36,997 nt of DNA, from positions 1-36,997 of the forward strand of contig CAYYEE010000001.1 in the NCBI GenBank assembly GCA_964470775.1, in the 5' to 3' direction. The notes beneath the pieces are model-generated. The model had not been told where the DNA came from, made no database searches, and was given only the letters and a program-made list of their open reading frames with translations. The position numbers and the translations under genes were made by a program. Below are positions 18,193 to 26,938 of the stretch, piece after piece (position 1 is the first letter of the stretch; each line of letters opens with the position of its first letter). Source of the stretch: an uncultured Planctomycetota bacterium (lineage in GTDB: Bacteria > Planctomycetota > Brocadiia > CAIUPP01 > CAYYEE01).

Positions 18193-19314
18193 CTACTCCA
18201 GTTTGCAGTGGCGGGCCACGACGCGGGCGTCCGGGGCCAGGGTGGGGATGGCGTCGCTGACCTTGATGGCGCGCTCCGGGTCTTTGAGGCCGTGGCCGGT
18301 GAGGACGCAGACGACCAGGGGCGGCTCGGCGGCGCGGTCGAAGAAGCCGGCGCGGGTGAGCTTGAGCAGGCCGGCGATGGAGGCGGCGGAGGCGGGCTCG
18401 CAGAAGACGCCCTCGAGGCGGGCGACGAGCTTGTAGGCCTCGATGATCTGGCCGTCGGTGACGATGTCGATGGCGCCGCCGGACTGGTCGCGGGCTTCTT
18501 CGGCGCGCTTCCAGCTTGCGGGGTTGCCGATCTTGATGGCCGTGGCGAGGGTCTGGGGGTGTTCGACGGGCCGGCCCAGGACGATGGGCGCGGCGCCTTC
18601 GGCCTGGAAGCCCATCATGCGGGGGAGCTGGCAGCGGCCGTGGTCGTGGTACTCTCGATAGCCTTGCCAGTAGGCGGTGATGTTGCCGGCGTTGCCCACG
18701 GGGATGAAGTGGTAGTCGGGCGCGCGGCCAAGGTCGTCCACGATCTCGAAGGCGCCGGTCTTCTGGCCTTCGATGCGGTAGGGGTTGAGGGAGTTGACGA
18801 GAGTGGCGGGGCAGCGCTCGGCGATTTCGCGGACCACGCGGAGGGCGTCGTCGAAGGAGCCGTCCACGGCCACGACGCGCGCGCCGTACATGAGCGCCTG
18901 GGAGACCTTGCCCAAGGCCACGGATCCGGCGGGCAGGACCACGATGGCCTGGATGCCGGCGGCGGCGGCGTAGGCGGCGGCGGCGGCGCTGGTGTTGCCG
19001 GTGGAGGCGCAGATGACGGCCTGGGCGCCGTCTTCGCGGGCTTTGGACACGGCCAGGGTCATGCCGCGGTCTTTGAAGGAGCCGGTGGGGTTGGCGCCTT
19101 CGAACTTGAGGTGGACCTGGACCTTGCCGCCGAGTTCCTTTTCGAGGCGCGGGGCGCGGGTGAGGGGGGTGGCGCCTTCGAGGAGGGTGACGACGGGGGT
19201 GGCGGCGGAGACGGGCAGGTGCTGGCGATAGCGTTCGATGACGCCACGGTAGGGGAATTGGGCTGGCGCGGAGAACAAGGGCGTGTTCCTTACTGTGGAC
19301 GGCGCCGGGGACAT
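18193..19314 (-). CDS. thrC: Threonine synthase
   Basis: 373 aa. PLP lysine motif NPTGSFKDRGM and the GNAGN glycine loop. Lies between hom and thrB. Confidence 0.9.
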   Translation of the reverse strand: MSPAPSTVRNTPLFSAPAQFPYRGVIERYRQHLPVSAATPVVTLLEGATPLTRAPRLEKELGGKVQVHLKFEGANPTGSFKDRGMTLAVSKAREDGAQAVICASTGNTSAAAAAYAAAAGIQAIVVLPAGSVALGKVSQALMYGARVVAVDGSFDDALRVVREIAERCPATLVNSLNPYRIEGQKTGAFEIVDDLGRAPDYHFIPVGNAGNITAYWQGYREYHDHGRCQLPRMMGFQAEGAAPIVLGRPVEHPQTLATAIKIGNPASWKRAEEARDQSGGAIDIVTDGQIIEAYKLVARLEGVFCEPASAASIAGLLKLTRAGFFDRAAEPPLVVCVLTGHGLKDPERAIKVSDAIPTLAPDARVVARHCKLE

Positions 19315-19350
19315 AGCCCCGGCCCGCAGGACGGCGCGCGGGGGCTGTCC

Positions 19351-20652
19351 TTACGAATCCAACATGCGGATGAGGATGGTTTTGCGGCAGATGATGTCTT
19401 TCATGGAGTCGATCTTTTCGAGGGCTTTGCGCAGGGCGCCCTCGCGGCAGCGGTGGGTGGTGACGACGATGGCGACAGGTCCCTGGGCGGCGCGGCCGCG
19501 CTGGACGCACGTGGCGAGCGAGACGCTCTGGGCGCCCAAGGCGCCGGTGATGGCGGCGAGCACGCCGGGCCGGTCCACGGTGGAGAAGCGCAGGTAGAAG
19601 TGGCTCTCGACGTCTTCGAGGGGGATGGGGCGGATGGGGTCTTTTTCGAAGCCGGCGGGGATGCGGGCGTGGGCGCCGGCGCCTTCGACGGCGAGGGCGA
19701 TGACGTCGCTGACCACGCCGGAGGCGGCGGGCATCTGGCCGGCGCCTTTGCCGTAGAGCATCACGGGACCGGCGGCGTCGCTCTCGATGTAGGCGGCGTT
19801 GAACTCGTCGCGCACGGCGGCCAGGGGGTGGCCGGAGGGCACAAAGGCGGGGTGGACGCGGGCGTCGACCTGGCTGCCCTGGCGCTTGTAGATGGCCAGG
19901 AGCTTGAGGTCGCAGCCGAGCTCCTGGCGGCCCCAGGCGATGTCGCAGGGCTCGATGTGGCGGATGCCTTCGGTGTGGACGGCTTCGGGCGGGAGCCAGC
20001 GTCCGGAGGCGAGGGAGCCGAGGATGGCGAGCTTGTGGGCGGCGTCAAAGCCGTCCACGTCGAGCGTGGGGTCGGCTTCGCACAGGCCGCGCTTGCGGGC
20101 TTCTTCCACGGCCTTGGCGAAATGGAGGCCCCGCTGGGACATGCGGGTGAGGATGAAGTTGGTGGTGCCGTTGAGGATGCCGGTCATGGAGGTGACGGTG
20201 TTGCCGACGAGTCCTTCGTGGAGGCCGCGGATGATGGGGACGCCGGCCATGACGCTGGCTTCGAACTGGATGCGGGCGCCGGTCTTGCGCGAGAGGGTGA
20301 AGATCTGCGGCCAGAAGGCGGAGAGCAGGGCCTTGTTGGCGGTGACGACGTTCTTGCCGCGGCTGAGGGCGGCGAAGACAAGCTCGCGGGCGGCGCCTTT
20401 GCCGCCGATAAGCTCGACGACGACGCGGATGTCGGGGTCTTCGAGCACGGCGCTCATGTCGGCGCTGAGGCAGCTCTTGGGCAGGTCGAGGCTGGCGAGG
20501 CGTTTGGGATCCTTGTCCACGGCGCGGACGATCTCGATATCCGCGCCGGACATCTGGCGGATGGCGGCGCGCTTGCGGCGGAGCATCTTGACGACGCCGG
20601 CGCCCACGACGCCGCAGCCGACAACGCCGACCTTGATGGAATCACGTGGCAT
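19351..20652 (-). CDS. hom: Homoserine dehydrogenase with C-terminal ACT domain
   Basis: Start moved to the ATG at 20652 (MPRDSIKVGVVGCGVVGAGVV, Rossmann GxGxxG), with GGAG 9 nt upstream. Conserved LTGILNGTTNFIL segment. Confidence 0.9.
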   Translation of the reverse strand: MPRDSIKVGVVGCGVVGAGVVKMLRRKRAAIRQMSGADIEIVRAVDKDPKRLASLDLPKSCLSADMSAVLEDPDIRVVVELIGGKGAARELVFAALSRGKNVVTANKALLSAFWPQIFTLSRKTGARIQFEASVMAGVPIIRGLHEGLVGNTVTSMTGILNGTTNFILTRMSQRGLHFAKAVEEARKRGLCEADPTLDVDGFDAAHKLAILGSLASGRWLPPEAVHTEGIRHIEPCDIAWGRQELGCDLKLLAIYKRQGSQVDARVHPAFVPSGHPLAAVRDEFNAAYIESDAAGPVMLYGKGAGQMPAASGVVSDVIALAVEGAGAHARIPAGFEKDPIRPIPLEDVESHFYLRFSTVDRPGVLAAITGALGAQSVSLATCVQRGRAAQGPVAIVVTTHRCREGALRKALEKIDSMKDIICRKTILIRMLDS

Positions 20653-20718
20653 GAGATAACTCCGAGGGCCATGCGCGGGCGGGCCCAAAGGGGGACGTGG
20701 CGGATGGGGCAGGGCGGC

Positions 20719-21336
20719 TTACCAGCCGAACAGGCCCTTCTTGGCCACCTTCTGAATCTGGACGAACACGGGGATCTTCTGGAGCGTGTCCACTTTGATG
20801 AGGGACAGGCTGAAGGCGTAGAGCTGGGTCTCTTCGCTGCCGGAGCGGGTGACGGCTTTCTGGCTGCTGAGCTCGGCGTAGAGGAAGAAGGCGGCGCCGA
20901 GGAACTTGCCGGCTTTCTGGGCGGAGGCCGGGTCCACGAGGTCGCCCTGCTGGAAGCGAATTTCGTTGAGGGCTAAGGACTGGGCCTTGGCGCGGTCCAC
21001 GAGCTCGACGTTGGCCCTGTCGGTCAGTTCGGACTCAAGATACTGGCGCACGATGCTCAGTTCGATGTGCTGGTCGGTGTTGTTGGCCACGGGCGCGACA
21101 AAGACGCGGGGCCGTCCCGAGAGCGCGGACTGGCCCAGGTCCTTCTGGGTCTTGGCCATGAGCTTCTCGATGCCTTGTTTGACGATGACCTGGAAGTCGG
21201 TGGTGTTGAAGTCCTGGGTGAGGACGACCTCCTGGGACGGGTCGTAGCGGACGCCTTCGGAACTGCAGGCGGCCAAGAGCGCGGCGAGAGGCGCCACGCA
21301 GGCCAAGGCGAGCGCGCGGCAGGCGAGCTTCTTCAT
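20719..21336 (-). CDS. LpoB-like (COG3417-type) outer-membrane lipoprotein
   Basis: The real start is the ATG at 21336 inside the long ORF 20719..22320, with AGGAG 7 nt upstream. Lipobox LLAAC|S. The segment FVAPVANNTDQHIELSIVRQYLESELTDRANVELVDR...GKFLGAAFFLYAELS matches the LpoB-family pattern. Confidence 0.6.
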   Translation of the reverse strand: MKKLACRALALACVAPLAALLAACSSEGVRYDPSQEVVLTQDFNTTDFQVIVKQGIEKLMAKTQKDLGQSALSGRPRVFVAPVANNTDQHIELSIVRQYLESELTDRANVELVDRAKAQSLALNEIRFQQGDLVDPASAQKAGKFLGAAFFLYAELSSQKAVTRSGSEETQLYAFSLSLIKVDTLQKIPVFVQIQKVAKKGLFGW

Positions 21337-21402
21337 GGCGGCGGCTCCTAAAGATGAAGGGGCTGGCGGGCAGCGCCCAAGCGGCATGGCCAGCCGCGCG
21401 AC

Positions 21403-21431
21403 ATTGTAGACCAAGGCGGGGGGCAATGCAA
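21403..21431 (-). promoter_or_regulatory. Candidate sigma70-type promoter for the lpoB-like gene and thr operon (TTGCAT-17-TACAAT)
   Basis: Minus-strand TTGCAT at 21426-21431, 17-nt spacer, TACAAT at 21403-21408. Confidence 0.5.
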
Positions 21432-21480
21432 AAGCGATGGGCCGGGGAGAACGGCAAGCCGGACATCGGACGGGGCGCAG

Positions 21481-21509
21481 TTGAACGGGGGAGGGCGGTG
21501 GGGTATGAT
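21481..21509 (+). promoter_or_regulatory. Candidate sigma70-type promoter for the 747-aa gene (TTGAAC-17-TATGAT)
   Basis: TTGAAC at 21481-21486, 17-nt spacer, TATGAT at 21504-21509. AGGGAG RBS before the ATG at 21553. Confidence 0.55.
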
Positions 21510-21552
21510 CGGCGCCTGCGCCAGACGATGTGGCTGAATCAGGGAGCTGAGC

Positions 21553-23796
21553 ATGACCGAGTTCATGAACGTGACGTTTGCGTCGGGGAAACTGCCGGAG
21601 AATTGGGACGTGGAGATGGCGCCGGCGGGGTTTGAGGGCGGGGCGATGTTGAGCGGGGTGGTGACGCGGGCGTCGTTTGTGGCGCCGGGGTCGGGATGGG
21701 GGAAGATGGTGGTGGAGATGGAGGTGGAGCCGAGTCCGGGGGCGGCGATCGATTTTTCGGACCGGAGCGTGTCCATGATTATGGACTTGGCGCGCCGGCA
21801 TTGCCGCATCCTTGCATATGGCGGGGCGTCTCTGGCTGAGGCGAAGCTGGCGGCGTCGGCGGCGAAGGGGACTCACACCATCACCTTCGAGTTCGACCAC
21901 GGCTGGCTGCGGGCGCGGTTGGACGGTCAGGAAGTGGCGGCGGCGGCGGACCCGGCGCCGGGCGTGGTGGGGGGGCAGTTCGAGATGTCGTTTTGGGATC
22001 ACTGCAAGGTAAGGCGCGTGAGGATGGAGGCTGAGGAGCCGGCGCAGGCGAGGCCCGCGGCTCGGGACGATTTCATGTTGGAGGTAAATGTCGATTTCTT
22101 TGACGATCTGATGCACGCTCCGTTCACGACGGATATGTTTGACCAGTTGTTCGCGGAGTTCCGGAGTTGGGGGGTGAGCCGGGTTCACTGGATCTACTAC
22201 GGCGGCAGCAAGCGGGGGTGGTGGTCTGGGGCGCCGATGGGGGTGGCGGAGAACGCGGCGAAGACTGTGGCGAACGCGGGGGAGATCTTTCCGGCGGCGG
22301 TGTCGGCGGCGCACGAGCACGGCATCGAGTTGTATGGACTAGTTAAGCCCTTTGACATGGGGTTCTGGCGCAGCGTGGGCGAAGGCGACCCGAGAGCGGG
22401 ACAGGGCCGGCTGCGGAGGGTGGGGGGGGTGGTGGGGTGGATCGCGGATTTTGTGGCGCAACGGCGCGACTTGTGCATGGCGCGCAAGCCGGGCGCATAC
22501 GGGGCGGCGCGCAACGACGTGTTTCACCGTATTGACATTATCAAAGAGGACGACGCGGCCGCGGACTTCGGCGTGAAGGACTTGCGACTGTTCGTCAGCG
22601 ACGACAACACGCGCTACAAGCTATACACAGGACCCATGTCGCGCGAGGAGAAGGTGGAGGATTACCCCGTGTGGGAGCACACCTCCTCGGGCGGCCGGCC
22701 AACAGGCGCATGCCGGCGGGCGCGGGTCTTGCGGCTCAAGGACTTGGAGCTGCGGTCCAAGTACTTTGTGGTGGCTGTGGAGAGCCGGAGCGGATCCTTT
22801 GCCAATGACCTGATAAACATGATCCATGTCTTTGGGCCGCAGGGGGAAGAGAGGCTGTTGAGCTACGGCGTGGAGGCGCGCGGCGAGCGCGGCAGGCCCA
22901 AAGGCGCGAACGCGGAAGTCGTGCGCCAGGGGTTTGAAGACATGGGCGTGGAGTTCGACGTGTGGCCTGGCATGCCCTCGGCGGTGTTACCAGGCTTTGA
23001 TGGGGTGCGCGCGCGCAAGGTGTTGGACAGCGGGCAGGGGTTTGTGGCTGTGGCCCGAGGCAAGGACCGCGAGCCTGTGGCGTGTTTGTCGCCTTCGTAT
23101 CCTGAGGCGCGGGAGTGGTGGCTGGGGTGGGTGAGAGACTGCATCGACGCAGGCGCGGACGGGGTGGAGTTGCGCGTGCGCAATCACCACTCCCCGCTGG
23201 CGTGGGCGGAGTTCGGGTTCGAAGAGCCTGTGGTGCGCGCGTTCAAGGACCTGTACGGCGTTGACCTGCTTTCCACAGACGATTTCGACGATTGCGCCCG
23301 GCAGCGGCTTAGGGGAGAAGCCTACACGGAGTTTTATCGCCAGGCCAAAAAGCTTGTGGCCTCTCGCGGCAAGAAGCTGGGGTTGCACATCAGCCAGACC
23401 ATGTGCATCGGTCCGGAGTTCGGATCAGCCATGGGCATTCACTGGGACTGGCGGCGGTGGCTTGAAGAAGGTTTGGCCGACAGCGTGACGCTGAAGGAGG
23501 TGTGGCCGCAGTCGCGCTTTGGCCAAGAGGTCCTGTCGGTCATGCGGCCAAGGCGCGTGCCCGGCGTTTTTTGCCCTTATGCCAATAATCTGTGGAAGGC
23601 GGGCGACGGCGTGGCTGTGTGCGCAAGTCGCATTCGCCAAGCGCGTGAAGCAGGATTGGCCGGGTTCCAATACTATGAGTGCGCGTCTGTTGTTCGTGGC
23701 ACAGAGGACGGCCGCATTGTCATGGAGCAACCTGGTCTGCGTGACTTGTTCCGGCGCGAGTTCGCGTCGCGTAGTGTCCCGCGTGGAGCGCGTTGA
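21553..23796 (+). CDS. Hypothetical cytoplasmic protein: N-terminal lectin/jelly-roll-like domain plus glycoside-hydrolase-like TIM barrel (tentative)
   Basis: 747 aa with no signal peptide. The segment SPSYPEAREWWLGWVRDCIDAGADGVELRVRNHH resembles the P-E-V-R...DG(I/V).LD signature of GH-like family 10 / DUF4015-type barrels. Third-codon positions are visibly more A/T than in neighbouring genes. Confidence 0.4.
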   Translation: MTEFMNVTFASGKLPENWDVEMAPAGFEGGAMLSGVVTRASFVAPGSGWGKMVVEMEVEPSPGAAIDFSDRSVSMIMDLARRHCRILAYGGASLAEAKLAASAAKGTHTITFEFDHGWLRARLDGQEVAAAADPAPGVVGGQFEMSFWDHCKVRRVRMEAEEPAQARPAARDDFMLEVNVDFFDDLMHAPFTTDMFDQLFAEFRSWGVSRVHWIYYGGSKRGWWSGAPMGVAENAAKTVANAGEIFPAAVSAAHEHGIELYGLVKPFDMGFWRSVGEGDPRAGQGRLRRVGGVVGWIADFVAQRRDLCMARKPGAYGAARNDVFHRIDIIKEDDAAADFGVKDLRLFVSDDNTRYKLYTGPMSREEKVEDYPVWEHTSSGGRPTGACRRARVLRLKDLELRSKYFVVAVESRSGSFANDLINMIHVFGPQGEERLLSYGVEARGERGRPKGANAEVVRQGFEDMGVEFDVWPGMPSAVLPGFDGVRARKVLDSGQGFVAVARGKDREPVACLSPSYPEAREWWLGWVRDCIDAGADGVELRVRNHHSPLAWAEFGFEEPVVRAFKDLYGVDLLSTDDFDDCARQRLRGEAYTEFYRQAKKLVASRGKKLGLHISQTMCIGPEFGSAMGIHWDWRRWLEEGLADSVTLKEVWPQSRFGQEVLSVMRPRRVPGVFCPYANNLWKAGDGVAVCASRIRQAREAGLAGFQYYECASVVRGTEDGRIVMEQPGLRDLFRREFASRSVPRGAR

Positions 23797-23809
23797 GCGC
23801 TCAACGCGC
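23788..23809 (+). terminator. Perfect 22-bp palindrome spanning the stop codon of the 747-aa gene (hairpin, no U-tract)
   Basis: GCGCGTTGAGC|GCTCAACGCGC. The TGA stop at 23794-23796 lies inside it. Confidence 0.35.
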
Positions 23810-23896
23810 ACGGAGCAGCGTATTGCAGCTTGTCATCCTACCAGGGCAATGGTGCGCTGGGACAGCAATTATCTACAAGAATCGGTAATATTACTC

Positions 23897-23925
23897 TTGA
23901 CTTAACATATTGTCGGGTTTATCTT
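23897..23925 (+). promoter_or_regulatory. Candidate sigma70-type promoter in an A/T-rich island upstream of the HDOD-kinase operon (TTGACT-17-TATCTT)
   Basis: TTGACT at 23897-23902, 17-nt spacer, TATCTT at 23920-23925. Confidence 0.5.
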
Positions 23926-23931
23926 CGTGTT

Positions 23932-24306
23932 CCTTGTGTGGCGCATTGCTGGCCTGTCCGGCCAGGACTCGGCGTGCTGGGCGTTTGGCCTGGTCGTGTT
24001 GCGCGGTGGGCCGACCGTGTGATGACCATACAAGTGGGCCTTGAATTGGACTAGACAACTCGACGCCGTCCGTTAGGGCGCCAGCCTGGCAATCTGATAA
24101 GCGTACAGCTTTGATTCAGACGGTTTCGGGTTGATTCCGAGGCGAACAGAAGCGGAGATGATCGTCTTTCTCACGGAAGTGGAGGCGGCCAAGGCGCAAG
24201 GGGTCGTTTCCAGGTCAGTCGTTTCGTCGGCGAGCTCTTGAGCGTGGCGGGGACGTTTCGGGGGTCGCGCGCGGGACGGGTTGAAGCCGCTTGGGAGAGG
24301 CGAGAC
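23932..24306 (+). promoter_or_regulatory. Long (~375 nt) untranslated leader or possible cis-regulatory RNA ahead of the HDOD gene
   Basis: No ORF here has the G+C-rich third positions typical of this genome. No T-run terminator is present. Five CG(N)TTTC motifs lie between 24117 and 24260, and a CTGGCC-tgtcc-GGCCAG hairpin at 23950-23966. Confidence 0.35.
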
Positions 24307-25191
24307 ATGGCTACTTTGTGCAAGGGCGAGGTATTGGAACGCCTGCTGGACCGGGTAGACAGGTCCGAGCTCTCATCCATTAAGACGATAGTCGCTGGCA
24401 TCATTCAGGTCATCAACGATCCCAGTTCTACGGCCAAACAACTCCGGGACTTGATCGAAAATGATCCGGGCCTGAGCGTTCGCATTCTCAGGCGCGCCAA
24501 CTCAGCTTACTACGGGGCAAGGGCACGCATCAGCGAAATCCAGCAAGCCATTGTATGGATAGGTTTTAGCGCGGTCAAAGAACTGGCGCTCAGCCAGAAG
24601 GTCTGCGAAATATTCCGAGGCGGCCGGTCGCTCAACGGCTACAGCCCCCTCGAACTGTGGAAGCACAGCATAGCTGTGGCGCACTGCGCCAAGTTGATCT
24701 ACCGCCGTGAGTTCTGTCTCTCGGGCGAAGACGCCTACGCCGCCGGGCTGCTTCACGATATGGGCATTATCGCCGAAGACCAGCACCTGTCCGAGGAGTT
24801 CGAAAGCGTGCTGGCCATCTGGGACGCGGGCACGCGCGACCTGCGCAAGGCCGAGACCCAGGTGATGGGATTCGATCACGCGGCCGCCGGCGCAGAGATC
24901 GGCCGGCGCTGGCTCTTCCCCGACACCCTGTGCGCGGCGATCGAGCGCCACCACGAACCCCGCCGCGCCGAGACCCTCTCGGCCCTCACCGGCGCCGTGG
25001 CCGTGGCCGATTTCTTCTGTCAGAAGGCTGAACTCGGGTTTGGCGACGCCTCCACCGGCGACGCGGCCACCATCACCGCGTGCATGACCGATCTGGGCAT
25101 CAAACCCAAAGCCATGGACTTGCTCATCGAGGACGTCCGCGAAGACCTGGACCGCATGCAAGAAGAGGGCTGGTTCGACGATGGCTCCTGA
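24307..25191 (+). CDS. HDOD domain-containing signalling protein
   Basis: Start at the ATG at 24307 after GGGAGAGG. The segment ...QVINDPSSTAKQLRDLIENDPGLSVRILRRANSAYYG....ISEIQQAIVWIGF..VKELAL matches the HDOD signature. LLHDMG and HHE histidines are present. Confidence 0.85.
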   Translation: MATLCKGEVLERLLDRVDRSELSSIKTIVAGIIQVINDPSSTAKQLRDLIENDPGLSVRILRRANSAYYGARARISEIQQAIVWIGFSAVKELALSQKVCEIFRGGRSLNGYSPLELWKHSIAVAHCAKLIYRREFCLSGEDAYAAGLLHDMGIIAEDQHLSEEFESVLAIWDAGTRDLRKAETQVMGFDHAAAGAEIGRRWLFPDTLCAAIERHHEPRRAETLSALTGAVAVADFFCQKAELGFGDASTGDAATITACMTDLGIKPKAMDLLIEDVREDLDRMQEEGWFDDGS

Positions 25192-26938
25192 CAAGGACCA
25201 GATCATCTCTGAGCTCCGCGACCGGATCGAGTCGTTGGAGATCCGGCTGCGCCATCTCACCAACGACCACCGCCTCATGCAGGACGAGCATCAGACCGCT
25301 GTGTCCAAGTACCTCGAAGTCTTTGGCGCCATGGAGCGGCTGGTGGCCGAGCGCACCGAAGCGCTGGCCAGGTCCCAGCAGTTTCTGGAGCAGAAGAGCC
25401 AGGAACTGCAGATGATGCTCGATTCGTCGCCGGCCATGATCTTCTACAAGGACACCGCCGGCCGCTACGTGCGCGTCAACAAACTCTTCGCCGAAACCCT
25501 CGACCTCAAGATCACCTCCATCATCGGCCGCCGCGATTCCGAGCTGGGCTGGGGCATGACCGAACACGGAGCCGAAGACGAACGCCGCGTCATGGAAACC
25601 GGCTCCCCCATCCTCAAACGCTCCGACCGCATGTTGGCGTCCAAGGGCACCCTCGACATCACCATTGACCGCTTCCCTTACCGCGACATCCACGGCGCCA
25701 TCCTCGGCGTCATGGGCTTTGCCGTGGACGTGACCGAGGCGGCGCGCGCCGCCGAGGAACGCCGCATTCTGGAAGACCAGCTCCATCGCGCCCAGAAGAT
25801 GGAGTCGCTCGGCGTGCTGGCCGGCGGCGTGGCCCACGACCTGAACAACCGCTTCACCCCCCTGATCGGCTACGCCGAGCTTGTCCTCCTCCAACTCCCG
25901 CCCGGCAGCCCCCTGCGCGCCTCCATCGATAAGATCCGCCGCTCGGCCGAGGACGCCGCCGAAATCGTGCAAGACCTCCTCACCCTTGCCCGCCGCGGAG
26001 TGCCCAAGAAGGAGCCCCTCTCCATCAACAAGATCATCGCCGAGTACCTGGAGAGCCCGGACTTCTCGGCCCTTCGCGAGCTCTACCCCGGCGTCACCGT
26101 CGAGACAGCCCTCGACCCCAACCTGCTCAGCGTGTGCGGCTCCAAGTCGCACCTCTCCAAGACGATCATGAACCTGGCCCGCAACGCTGTCGAGGCTATG
26201 CCCCACGGCGGCACGCTGAAGATTTCCACCCGCAACCGCTATCTCGACACGCCCATCCCCGGCTGCGACTCCATCCGCGAGGGCGACTACGTGGTCATCA
26301 CCGTGGCCGACACGGGCGTGGGCATCGCCCGCGAAGACCGCAAGCGCATCTTCGAGCCCTTCTTCACCAAGAAGGCCATGGGCCGCAGCGGCAGCGGGCT
26401 TGGCATGGCCGTGGTCTGGGGCGCGGTGCGAGACCACGACGGCTATATCGACCTCGACAGCGAGCCGGGAGCGGGCGCCGAGTTCCGCGTCTATCTCCCC
26501 GCCACGCGCCAGCCCGAGGCGCCTCCGCCCGGCCGCGCCCCCTTGACCGAGTACGAAGGCTCCGGCCAGAGCGTCCTCGTCGTCGACGACGCCGAGCCCC
26601 AGCGCGAAGTGGCCAGCCAGATCCTGGAGCGGCTGGGCTACAAGGTGGCGGCCGTGTCCAGCGGCGAGGAGGCCGTGGACTTCGTGCGCAAGCACGCCGT
26701 GGACGCGCTGCTGCTGGACATGATCATGGAAGGGGGCATGGACGGGTGCGAGACCTACCGCCGCATCGCCGAGTTCCGCCCCGGCCAGCGCGCCGTCATC
26801 GTCAGCGGCTACGCCGAGACCGACCGCGTCCGCGAAGCCCAGCGCCTGGGCGCGGGCGCCTACGTCAAAAAGCCTTACACCATGGAAAACCTCGGCCTCG
26901 CCCTCAAAGCCGAACTGGCCAAGGTGACCACGTCGTAG
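25181..26938 (+). CDS. Soluble hybrid sensor histidine kinase / response regulator (coiled coil, PAS, HisKA, HATPase_c, REC)
   Basis: 585 aa. H-box GGVAHDLNN. DTGVGI and GSGLGMA boxes. Receiver VLVVDDAEP...LLLDMIMEGGMDG...K. The ATG overlaps the HDOD stop by 11 nt. Confidence 0.9.
   Translation: MAPDKDQIISELRDRIESLEIRLRHLTNDHRLMQDEHQTAVSKYLEVFGAMERLVAERTEALARSQQFLEQKSQELQMMLDSSPAMIFYKDTAGRYVRVNKLFAETLDLKITSIIGRRDSELGWGMTEHGAEDERRVMETGSPILKRSDRMLASKGTLDITIDRFPYRDIHGAILGVMGFAVDVTEAARAAEERRILEDQLHRAQKMESLGVLAGGVAHDLNNRFTPLIGYAELVLLQLPPGSPLRASIDKIRRSAEDAAEIVQDLLTLARRGVPKKEPLSINKIIAEYLESPDFSALRELYPGVTVETALDPNLLSVCGSKSHLSKTIMNLARNAVEAMPHGGTLKISTRNRYLDTPIPGCDSIREGDYVVITVADTGVGIAREDRKRIFEPFFTKKAMGRSGSGLGMAVVWGAVRDHDGYIDLDSEPGAGAEFRVYLPATRQPEAPPPGRAPLTEYEGSGQSVLVVDDAEPQREVASQILERLGYKVAAVSSGEEAVDFVRKHAVDALLLDMIMEGGMDGCETYRRIAEFRPGQRAVIVSGYAETDRVREAQRLGAGAYVKKPYTMENLGLALKAELAKVTTS

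Noticed and set aside
23830-24054. A 74-aa ORF in the spacer before the HDOD gene.
   Set aside because: It starts upstream of the predicted promoter and has A/T-rich third positions unlike real genes here. It has no RBS and its product is Cys/Trp/Arg-rich.
24060-24130. A cyclic-di-GMP (GEMM-I) riboswitch in the HDOD leader (ggcaatc...agcgtacagc).
   Set aside because: Resemblance to the GGCAAACC / ACGCAAAGC cores is weak, and I could not draw the two-hairpin tetraloop/receptor architecture. It is kept only as a generic 'structured leader' hypothesis.
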